Origin: Haliotis cracherodii
Taxonomy: Eukaryota
NCBI RefSeq assembly: GCF_022045235.1
Contig: NW_027266264.1
Coordinates: forward strand, 11,966,001-12,030,000
Direction of reading: 5' to 3'
DNA: 64,000 bases
Part shown: in pieces, positions 35,228-47,600 of the stretch
Position numbering within the stretch: position 1 is the first letter of the stretch
Layout: every line of letters starts with the position of its first letter
Notes under the pieces: generated by a model
What the model was told of the DNA's origin: nothing
Databases searched by the model: none
Seen by the model: the letters and a program-made list of their open reading frames with translations, nothing else
Translations under genes and position numbers: made by a program

Positions 35228-36183
35228 CTGAAAAGCTGCACAGATGACAGAAGTAGAGTCCTGTTTGTTTTGAGTAAGAGTTGAAAGTTGGAGAGGAGGG
35301 GTCTATAGACCTGGGGTTGGATGTCAGTGAGAATCGTCTGTTTCCAAGGTAACCAGGAGAAGCTAGGGGGGTGGAGGTAATTCCATGGAAGGAGTAGTTC
35401 TTGTAGTCTTCTGGTAGGAGATGCTCAGAGTTAGACTCGTTCAAGCCTGACCTGAGCCCTTCAGTAGAACTGTCCTCATCTGAATGGTAGGAGTCATTAA
35501 AGGAGCTGTTCAGATGAGATGTGTTCTGGGTCCCTTCATCCTGTTCTTGGGAGAATGACCCGTTGAGCACCAATTCCCCCTCTCTGCTGTCAGCTTCCCT
35601 TGTCAGTGAAGGTCCATCTGGATTAGCTTCACAATGTTTGTTGTACAAAGGGCTTCCTGACTCTTCCTTCCTTGGGTAAGGTGGCTCCTCTGTCACTTGG
35701 TCCTCCTCTGAAGGACGAGCATTGCCATAGAATGAGGTCGGAGCAGGGTGCTCAAGATCTGCCGCCTTGTAGCTGTTGTGGAATGATGGGTGCCCTGGTT
35801 TTCTGTCCGGCTCCTCTTCGTCCTTGTGAACCTTAGAGTCCGGGTTGGGAAGGTTGGAACTGTCAGTCTCTTCTCTACGGTAGCTGAACTTGTCACTGGG
35901 AGTCAGCGGGTGACTGTACTGGGGGCTTGAGTCCGACTGTTCCGAATCTCTCCTGGAATAAGTGGAGTCCGGGTAGGAGCAGAAGCTGTTCTGGTGGTAT
36001 AGGTTACTCAGCAGGGGCAGACCTGCATGTGCTTCATCTTTGTCCTGGCTATGGTTGGAGTAAGCAGCAGACTGGTTATGTGCAGTGTAGTGTGGACTCG
36101 TCTCCTCGTGGTTCACTAGACCGGACTCGGCTGACATCACCTTCTCAAGAACATCCGCCACCTTGGGTGAAATAGCATCACTC
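35228..36183 (-). CDS. hb: hunchback, first identifiable coding exon (first in-frame ATG at 36137, MSAESG...)
   Basis: Acceptor tttcag| at 36184; long S/P/E-rich ORF ending LYFCHLCSFS; donor G|gtgagg joins the next exon to complete a C2H2 finger. Confidence 0.88.
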
Positions 36184-36204
36184 CTGAAACACAAAGAAAC
36201 TCTA

Positions 36205-36595
36205 TGAGGGAGGTGAAAAGAGGTTTAACGCCATATTCAATATAATTGCCCATACAGTAAACTATGGTTATAACGAACTCAAAGGGACTACTAATTTTAG
36301 TTCGTTATAACCGTAGTTCGTTATAAGCATATATACAGCATAACTACAGCAAATATTCGGGACCAAAAAAGTCAGTTCGTTATAACCATCAGTTCATTAT
36401 AAGCGTGTTCATTATAACTGTAGTTTACTGTATTTACAATGTGCATGCATGTGTGCACTAGTAAGGACTGATGCCGGTTTAATAATGCTAGCCCACTAAG
36501 TTATCATGCTGCAGTTTAACATTGATACCCCACTCAGATACAGTATACTGACTCCAAGCCAACCAGTCCTTGTCTCATCCCATAAATGCCAATGA
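36205..36595 (-). mobile_element. SINE family D split by a MITE
   Basis: Reverse homology to 18170-18392 on both sides of the MITE. Confidence 0.75.
36255..36430. mobile_element. Tc1/mariner (pogo/Tigger-like) MITE
   Basis: TIRs CAGTAAACTATGGTTATAAC / TTATAACTGTAGTTTACTG, TA TSD, internal GTTCGTTATAA repeats. Confidence 0.9.
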
Positions 36596-39500
36596 CAATT
36601 AAACTGAAGAATGGCCTGTTCGTAGTACAGAACAACAGGGTAACCTATGTCTTTTGTCTGGGTGTCCTAATACCACAATGCTGTACAAAAACACTAACAT
36701 GTGCATAAAAATGATGAATGCAAATAAGTATACTTTATGGAAGACTACATAAAGCTCAATTAATAAATTATAAGGTTTCTTCAGTGATTGTTTAAAGCTC
36801 ATTTTGTATTTTTGTATTACTAAAGTAACGTGAATTAATGATAATGAATTAATAATTTCAAAACAAAGACGTAGACTAAGAATTGAATTTAGAGGTTTTC
36901 ACGGGAGAAAAGTACAATACACAACCTGGCCTGATCAAGTCTTGTCTTCAGTTTCAGAAGGTGAAAAGGTAGACTTTGGTTGCAATATAGATCAAACAAA
37001 GCCTCTTATTTAAAACTTCATCTGAATTAATAACAAATAGAAATAACAGAAATGTTTTCAAGCTGCAATGTATGAACATCCACTTCCTTTCTCCTCCTAA
37101 ATGTCAGGGATTTGAACAACCTTGACTAAAATGTTGCTTTCATTAGCTGAAAAAAGAATTTACCTATACAAATAGCACAAAATAACACAATACCTGATGA
37201 AATAAATATTATCCTAGTGTCAATCAAAAATTTGCACTTCAATCCTCATATTAGAAATGGAATGTTGTTTTAGAAAATGACATTAAAATTTGATCGCATG
37301 ACAATAACCCTAAGCGCAATTTGTGTAAACCTAGAAGTTATTTTCCTCTTTACAAAACAATATTTCATCCCTGACAAATTTTCTGAAGTTATTGCTGGAA
37401 ATATAATCCCAACAAAATGATTTTAAGTAGACTGTTCATGAAGGATGTCCCTGTCATTACACACTGCTTACAGGAATATACATAAAGAGAGATGTGATAA
37501 GATACATAAGAAGGTTTCAGTTTTTAATCAGTATCATGTTTCCTTTGCATTTTCAGATGGGTTGTAATATCACTAAACCAATAAATGAAGTTACTTTGTA
37601 CAAGAAACAAATCTTAAGAATCTGCTTTTCTTTTACTCTCAGAGAAATGTAGACATTCTAGCCTCGGGCAACAATAGTATCATTTTCTCAATAATTATAT
37701 GATTGAAAGATAATCTCCTTGAAGCATAATCAAATTAGAGAAGCATAAAAATCATAGGACTATTTTTTCCACTTTCAATCACCCTTGAAACTCAATCACT
37801 TGCTAAGCCTCTTCAAAGGTTAACTACTTTCTAACATATTGGGATGTTACATGGAAAATACAAGAAAACACCTGCGGTCAAAATTAAACCTTATCTTACC
37901 TTATAGTATGACATCTTATTAATCTAAGATGATCATCTACTCATGTAGGTGAACTAATTTGAAAAGAACTCATAGTTTCATCTTTCTTATGTCTTTTCAT
38001 GTTTCTAAACACCAAAATATTTTCATAGTTGAGCTTGTTTTTTATGTTATATCTCATACCAAGATCCTATTTAGAAAAGGAGAAAGCTTCTGCATATCTT
38101 TGAAGGAAAAGGAAGATATCTTGAAATTCCTTTCAAAATTTTATATTCTAACAATGACACTTACAGTCAAGGTAAAATTTGAATTTCAAAAGTCACAATC
38201 TTCAAAGTGCAGATTTGTTTGAGACCAGACTATGCATGCTCCACAAGATTCCCTGATTAAGAAACATCCATCATCACAACTCTAGAACATGCAAACAGAC
38301 AAATCTTGCTATATGTTTTATCCCCAGTCACAGCAAAGACTTCCACAAGACGACATTCTTATGAAACCAGACATCAAACGTCTGAAGCTGATAACTGCCC
38401 AATGTCATTCTACATAAGCTGAGGATAGGTCCATGTCGTATTCTCTCCTACATGCAACAAACAAAAGACAGAACTACACGTAGACTTAATCGAAGCCAGT
38501 AATCCAGCGGAGGACAGACAGCTCCCAGGAACCAACACTTGTATTTTGGAGTATTATTCTTTTCCTCATGCAATAAAAGAACTGAATCACCTTGTTCCTA
38601 TTGAACTGCCTGCATCATGGGAATTATTTCTATGCCTAATCATCTGTTTAACATGTAATGAATGAAATGAATTTGTATCCAGTAACTTTTCATGACATGA
38701 ATAGGATTGTTTCATTGGATTTCTATTGAAATTATTCATGTAAAAGGTAAACAGATTACTCTCTTTCAACCCTTGTCAGCGTTAATGCAAATATTTTAAC
38801 TGAATTACAACATAAATGCAACTTGTTTAAATTAAGTAAAGGATAACATTTCCAATCATTTCACAAATATTTACTTACGCCACTATAACATGTCCTCCAC
38901 ACCAGGAAAAGCCATGTCACTATGTTTGTGGCACTTTTAAGGACTATTAGGTGTGTCAGCTTTACCAGAATGAAAAAAACTCTCCTTAAACCCAGATATA
39001 ATAAACATTGGTCCATGACTTTTGTAACTTTATTGAATATGTATGACCCTTGCCAAAGTACATAAAGTGAATGACAGAGCTATAAAGGTTTATCTATTCA
39101 GCTCTACCTAAGTTTTCCTCATTTAACGAAGAATCTATACAAAAGCCATTTCAGGTCAATAAAAAAAGATCTGACCCTAGTGGAAAAAAGTACCTTTTGT
39201 TGCTTGAGCTAAAATATAGTCAGGCTTGGCTGAGCGGTGGTGACTGTCATTTTATCATTCATAACAAAGTAGGATCGTCAAAAAACATGTTTACAGGAAC
39301 ACCTAAGTCTTAAAGAATGCTTCTTTTGTCAGGTCAGCAACCAAGCATAGATGAATAGCTAGAAACATTTCTATGAGCAAAACTGAAGTTGGCATGACTG
39401 CACAAGTCACAGCATATCTTTGCAATCTTTTTAAGGGTGGGAATAAAAAGTTTGAAATTAATCTCTCATTTAAACTACCTGCTATTAATGGGTGACGTTT

Positions 39501-41299
39501 AGGTGGACTGGCCTTATCTGAATAACTTAGTTCAATAACCTGGTTTGGAAATCAATCAAGAAAAGTTACTCTTATTCTTGATATTTATCATTTAAAGTGT
39601 TAAACTCTTGGTGGTGTATTTTCCTTATATACATACTCAAATGTTAAATATCTTTGAAAGATACATTGATAATAACAAGCTGCTGACATGAGAGCTTATT
39701 AATTGCAAAGACATACTAAGTGCATCTCGGGTTCATTTAAAACTGGTTACTTATCACTGAATCCAACAACATATCAAATTTTAAACATTAACACAACATA
39801 TTTAAAGGTTGTTTTAAAAATAAAGTCAAAATACTACTCAACGTTTGCTAAGGACAACACTTTTCACTATAAAAGATTACTATGTTGGACCTTACAAATG
39901 TTGAGCAGTATATATACAAGTAATTAAATCATAAACTATACGTTTAGATATCCGTCCAGCAAGTACCAACTACTGCAAAAAAACAACAGTAATAATATAA
40001 ACCAAAAAGATACAAAAATCACCCTGAAAGGGTAAGTCCTAAATTCCCACTTTTGAAGAGTGCACCTTCTACCATACTCGATCAGATCACCCTGTATGAA
40101 GCAAATGGATAGCTGTATTGATCAAAATGATAATGTTTTTTATGCCATGTTCAAAGAATCTTCGACTCGAATCCCTGGAGTGATATGCACGCCAGTTACC
40201 GTTCAGTGGCTTCCACAACAACACAATAGAAGACATGATTTGATTCATTCCTTGCCTTTTGCCAATAGGACTTGCACAAAACCTACTGTGAATGCTTTCT
40301 TGAAAGGTCTTTCAATAAGGGGGCCGTTAAACTTGTATGTTTTTTCTTAAGTTATAAAAACACTTTTGTGCCAGTTAAGGGACTGAGGGAAGGTGGTATT
40401 CTCAACACCCCTAGTTCTTTCAATATAAGTTGAAATTATTCTGACATATCACTGGTTGCCATAACACCATTAGACTTTTTTGTTTACCAAGTGTATAAGA
40501 TATTTGATCAAAGTGCTTGTTGTGAGAAATAGGATAAGAAAGGTCACAGAGATAAGCTAGAACAGGTCACCCTCAAGGGCTACAGGAAACTTGTATAGTG
40601 GACAGAGTAGTATAAGTGGCAAAAAGCTTGTTCAAACACTCCCACCCTGCTCTCTCCATAAAACAATCTTGTGTGAACTTCAAACATGGCCTGCTCACCT
40701 GTCTTCATGTTAACACATGAGAAGTCAACAAGTAATATACACATCAAACTCCACACACAGCCCCTTACTGCATGGTATTCTCATAGATTTCAAAATAAAC
40801 AAGGAAAAAAGTTTAAGTATGAGATCACATGGCAAATATTGAAAACTAATGCATGTAATTCACTAGGGGTTAGTCTTAAGGGTCATATAGGAGATATTTA
40901 ATGGGACTGATATACACAGATTTCAGAAACACTGGTTTTATCTGGGGGTCAATTTCCTCCAATAAATTACTGAAGTTACATGTGTAACATTTTTCCTGTA
41001 AAAGATTAAACAACCTGATAAGAATCAAAGCCATAAATTAAATTCATGTGCATCTTATTATCATTCATTACTACCAATCCTGAACTCAGGTAACCAAATG
41101 TATTAGATATACACATACACTACAAACTCCATCAAATACACATGCCCTGTAAACCACCTGTAAGAGGGGCCAAGAATAAGTGACACATAAAAGTAAAAAA
41201 TTCAATCTAGGTGAATTTTTCACCATGGGACATTAGCTTACATTCATTCATTTTTTACATTTGTTAGTTTTGAGAAAAAAGGGTTTTTTCTAAAGATGT

Positions 41300-41605
41300 T
41301 TAAAATGGGTTTTTAGAGACAATCTATGACATACATACTTTTTGACATGACATACAGAACACTCTTTTTATCAACATTCATTACACCAAGCACCTGCGAT
41401 AATAACAATTAAGGCATCGCATCAAAAACATCATTTTTTCACAATTTTAGAGTAAAACATTATCTACCGATTTTGAAAATGTTTTTTTGTGAGAGACAAT
41501 CTATGACAATAATGACATACATACTTTTCGGAAGGAATGAGTATATCAATATTCATTGCACCAAGCACCTGCTATAACAATAATTAAGGCACCACATCAA
41601 AAACT
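41300..41605. repeat. Old imperfect direct duplication (~120-130 bp, offset ~177)
   Basis: GAGACAATCTATGACA...ACCAAGCACCTGC...AATTAAGGCA...CATCAAAAAC occurs twice. Confidence 0.8.
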
Positions 41606-44600
41606 TGATCACACATTTCAACCATGTAAATGTTTATTATCACTCTAGGCTTCTTATAGTAAAGTCTAAATTTTAATATCACAATCCACGAAAACAAACA
41701 AACATGGAAATCAATAACAAATATGTCACACGTTGAGCTTGTTAATTGTCAAAACTATAAATCAAGTTTTCTCCCTAATGGATTTGGAAACATGGATGAG
41801 ATAAGAAGATAACAAAATCTTGCCCAAGAGGTCACTGTTCACGACTTCAAAATACACAAACTGATGAAGAGAAATGAATTAATCACTGACCGTTTTGTCT
41901 CCCATGTCATCAGTGTGAGTACTGTTTTAGCTGGCTGGTATTTTCCTGCACAGTAAACACCTTGACGCTAATCAAGCCACACTGACTGTCATCACTCGAA
42001 GCGCTCCAATCACACAGCCACCTGAGTGCACGAATCAACCAATACCATATCCATGACCGAACGGTATTTTTTACCTGCCTAACGGTGACCCAGGACACGC
42101 CACTTCTGACCCTCGTAATGCAAGCTTGGGAAGTACGAGCCTCCCATTCAACCTTGCACAAACGATATTGAACACACCGACTGCTTTAGTCCAAGCCAAT
42201 ACATTATTCACTCCTGTCAGCGAGATAGTTTTTTACAAATCTGTCATTCAATACAAATATGACTGAGAAGTAATTGTGTAAAACTACACACTTGAGAAAG
42301 CATGGGTTTATGATTCTGTTCACATATACTATTTGGCAGAAAAGTTATTGTTTTACCTGGGTGGTGGCGAAACGGAGACCAGAGCTCAGATTGGACGTGT
42401 TGTAACGGGCTTTTTTTGTAATGTGATAAGTGTATAATGTATGTCAGTTGAAGTCAGGTGGGCATTTGAACCCGTCTGACCACGGACCGGGTGTATGTGT
42501 GGACTCAGACATACGATAAGCTCGACAAGATATCAGCAGAGCACTGTTCGGGATATTGTTCATCATACAACATAATCAAATACACTCAGCTTCGATAAAA
42601 AGCTGGAGGAAAGATTTTATGAAACACTTCCTCCTGAAACTAGCCTTCCACATCTCTATCCCCCCTTTCACAGATTGAACACTGGGAATACATTAACTAC
42701 AGGTTAAACAGTCCACATCAAGTGATAAACAAAATAAACGTTTCAATTGTTCAACAGCCCTTAACATGTGAGATGAACGTTCTAAAATATTTTTTTTGGC
42801 CCTGTGAAAAACAACATTCTTTCAACAACCAAAAAATGATGCATCCTTACTGTAACATTATTCTTTACATTTTACAGGCTGCATATTTCAAATATTAAGG
42901 AGAATATTTAATTATGTTGATAGCTCCTGGTTACCTTGAAGACTTTTTGTATCTCATTACTAAATCATGCATGGAATGAAGAATGAATACCAGAAAACTT
43001 TTTTCTGATTTTAATAAAACATTAAATTACAAGAAAATTCCTAAAACACCTTAGTAACTGTAAGTTATGAAACTTAAATATTTGCATGATTGTCAAGCCT
43101 ATTTTTTATTGTCAAGTCATAAGAGATAAAATGCTTAAATAGTAAATACATATATGTCGTACATAAAATATAATCTTATAGCAAATAAACCATTCAATTC
43201 TGAACAATTCATTCAAACACTAGTAGTATGTTCCTCAAACTTCTCAAATGGTCATAATATATCAAAATTAATTAACTTAAACAGTTCAACTTACAAGCAC
43301 ACCAATCATGAACCAAGAACTTGAGATAGTTAATGATATTTTGTTTAATGTAATTTTAAGGCTGACATTTTGATTGGTTCATTGTAGTGGGGAGAACTGA
43401 TATCTAAATTAAATTTCCTTAATGTTTTCCTTATTCCTCCTAAGGAGAGGAATAAGGCATTCCACAGATGAAGCACCCAGGAGTCTAGAGAACAGTACAA
43501 TTTGTAGAGAAGTGCTAGATGTTTATAGCATTGGCTGCTTCAAACAGAAATACCACAGATCATCCTTTGTCATGTTATACCTAATAAACGTATTGTTTTA
43601 ATTGATCATTAACTTGGTTTAAAGTAATGAAATAAACATTATCTTTCTGTACCAAATAATTAGGAAACATTTAATCTGATTTTACCGATTTGTGGATGAT
43701 AGCTGTAAGCTTAATTTAATTTCAGCTTAAATTTTGCATTCATGAAATATTGATGGAGGAACTTGAATTTGTCTTCCAAAGAATTAATATATGATACAGT
43801 CATAATGTTTTGATTAAAATCACCAGAGTGAAAGCTATTTGCCATTAAATAGAAAGTCACCTTCACGAATCTGTAACAGTGAAAGCTCTGGCCTATGCCA
43901 AGCAAGAGTTCTCTCCCTTGCACTAGGGATTCTTTTCATGGAAGACAATACTCTCTTACAGAATAGAACTGCACTGAAATGATTATATATAGTGTGTAGA
44001 AAAATAAAATTGACTAGAACGTGAGTGATGGCATTATTGCTTCAGTTACTATGAATTTAATTACTTAAAAATAAAATCAACATAGACTTTAAACAACACT
44101 TTTTTGATATTTCATAAGAAGCCACTATTCAAACATATCAAATGATTATTTCCCTTAGTACATAATATTTGTGTTATTTGTATAACTTGTACAATCAATT
44201 TTTCTTTAATTTCAAGTCATTTTCATTATAATGAATGTTCCTTATCACACATATGATAGAAGAAATATGTCATCTTACCTTTCATTTTCTTTTGAAGGTT
44301 TTTCAACACCCATTTTGTATTCCTTTTATCTCAAAAGAATTTTTCACACCAAGAAAACAATATTGCTAACCATCCTCCATGACATGTGGCCCAGGAGTAT
44401 GGAGCCGTCTTATGACTGAGCAGTTTATACCAGCGTCATTCAAAGCATGCATTCAACTGAGCATTGAAAACCCATAAACACCTACATCTGCTGCACTAAC
44501 AAGAATATTTAAATATTGCAACAAAATATGTCAGACAGTTCATTGACAATAGCACACAAGCCATCAAATAACAATTGGTAGAGCTCCTGAAAATAGATAT

Positions 44601-47600
44601 ATTGGACATAGCTGGGAATGTCGTAAAGCTAATCATCTCAAGCATCTTGTTTGAATTTCATCTAAGTTTGTTCTGAATGCTGATATGTTGACTTGCTATG
44701 TATAATATGCTTCCTCCCCATAAGCAATCTCTCACTTAACTCATTTAATTTAAGCGTTGAAGGTTTGAAACACACTAAGAAAATAAAATCAATAATAAAT
44801 TCGCAATATTTCTTTTTACACAAAATACATATTCAAACAGAACTTTAATTAATTTAATCCTATCAATAGCATATTTGAAATGCATAAAGATCAGATACAC
44901 AAATCTTGTTGCCATCACATATTTCTACTTGTTCAGGAAATTATTTCTTAGCAAAACAAAGCCCACAAATTTTAGCAGTTTATTCCTACAGGTATGCCAG
45001 ATGGTTAAGCAATCACGAAAATGCCAGTGGTCAAAGGATGCAGGGCTTACATAACGTTAAGGGCACCACTCCCTAGGCTAGCAACTGGTCAGGAGATAAA
45101 CAGCCCATAAAAGGGCAGTAGTGGTGATGTTTTACTAGATAAGACACATAACACTGCAAGCCCAGGCATTGAAATGACCAGTGTTAGGTAACAGGACCAT
45201 AAAAACTCTCCCTCGGCTATCCTGAGGGCAGGGCAGCTAAGTGCACACAAATCATTTCTGGCATCTATATTCCTGTGATTAAAAGCATGTCCAAGATAAA
45301 ATTTACTGTTAAAGACATCCTTGACCCTTCTGAATAGTTAGTTTTCAATAATAGGTGTTGAGGTGATAGTGTTTACGTAAGAAATAATCTCTGTAATTAT
45401 TCTGGCAATAAAACTGTTGACAGCAAACACTGGGTGCATGGGGCCCTTCAGGAACTCACATACAACTAAAATCATCCGATATATCAACGTTATCTTGGCA
45501 TAGATAATAACCCAGTCAACATGAACTTATCATATCATATCATATCACTGAATTTATACCAAGATCCTTGAAGAATAGTTTTAACTCATTTTAAATGATA
45601 ATTCATTTCAAAAATATGTCCAATTACAATTTTCTAATTTAAATATCAAAACATAAGAAAACAGTAAAAAAATGTTAACATTTTGGAGAACAGTAAAGTT
45701 GGAAGAGAGTCAAGAAAGCATTTATACTGAGAGCATCGGAGAGGCGCAACATCCAAACTGATCCCACCGTATGATGTCTAACTTAGATCAGCGGAATATT
45801 TAAGTCTAATGATTAATTTATCATGACCAAATTGGGTGGGACTGATGCTGCAGCTTTTCTTGACCAATGGACACTTAGAAGCTAGAACGACCTGTATACT
45901 CACTCCGATACTATTCCTGCCACCTTTTTCAGCTGTAGGCTCTCACACACAATGAAGAAAACAAATGCAAATCATATTTAAATTTGATTTGGTACAAGAT
46001 ACTAAGAAAGCTGCCAAATTTACGTTAGCTAATTTTGTATGGCAATTTTTGCAGCTTTATCACAGGAAACACTGCTGCTTATTTGAAGGAAGTGGCCGCA
46101 GTGCCATGAACAAAATACGGAGAATATTTCCTGATCAAGACGAGTATTTTCCTGATATTTTCCTTGTCTGCCAGGACACAGTGTTGCCTCCTTGATACCA
46201 TTCAGGCTTGTGGCAGAATAATCTATCATAAACAGTGATGTGCTTTTGCACTCTGGTCAAGTTCTTTTAATCAGAAAAAATACATCATCCATTTATCTTC
46301 ATAATTTGTTTATAAAGGATTATTATGTTGTTAATGTAATGACAATCTTAATATGTGCAACAGTTTTCTTACTAATTTCTACAGCACGATTTTACGCCTT
46401 TTTCAAATAAAAACGTTTTCAAAACTTTTTATTGTACCTTTTTAAATTAGAAACACAATGTCTAAGAGCTTGATTAAATAAATTTGAAAAAATTATAGAT
46501 ACTACTCACAGGGTCCTTATTTTGGCATGATGGATCCTCGATCTTTGATTAAACATGTTGTGAAGATTTGTGATGTTATATCAAATAAATGCAACCAAAC
46601 AGAATGTCAACAGCAATGACTTTCCCCAGTGGATTGTCAATCAGAATAATATGTACTCCTGATGAATAATTCATCTTACTCTTCCTACCAATACATTTTT
46701 GTGACAATATACACAGTGAATAAGTAATATTACCAGCAATATCTTAACAAATGATGGGAATGCTGGTGTGGGGAGGATGTGAATGGAGAAAAGGTCTATA
46801 CATAAGCGAGACTGATCATTTATGAAATGGTGGAATAATTCATCTTGGCTATTGATGGTGTTGTTTTTAGGTGTCACTGACACCCTGGCTCTCGCTACCC
46901 TGATTCAGGGATGGAATGACTACCAGCAAAGTCACACAGCTCATTATCAGCAGAAATGTTTGGTCTTTTCAGGTATGGAAGTGTTTGGAAAATGATATAC
47001 ACTGTGTATTGAATACTAAACACACACTGACATTCTCGGACTCAAATATGCTGGCCCCGTCAATCAAAGGATGTAACATTAGCTAATGCCATCTCTAAAT
47101 TTTTAAAGAAAGTAAATTTTTGTTATTCCCTTCAACAATTCCCATACATGTTTTGAAAATAGAAACATGAACTTCTTTTATTAAACATTCTTTTCCCTTT
47201 TTCTCCCTACAATCAAATATTTAATCAAGAACATACTAGCTATTCATCAAAGCAGTGATGAGGAGTTTATCAATATGAAAATTAATTCATTTTTATCCAG
47301 TGATATAAATCAAGATCAACGAAGTCCATTGTTATTCCCGAGATCTCCCTTTTCTCGCCCTTTCATGCTCATCAGTATCTGTTTCATCCATACTTCATCC
47401 TATGAGATCCCTTATAGCAAGTTAGCTTCTCAAGTTTCAATCTCCTTTCATAAAGGCATATGCTGCAACATTGAAACACTATCCCTTGTAAATATCACAT
47501 CATACATGAAGCTCTCCAGAGCAATGTCTTTTGTCTAGAAGATCACCCAGTACCTCCCACCTTCTTTATTCCTACATAATAGAGCAGATGATCACTTGGA

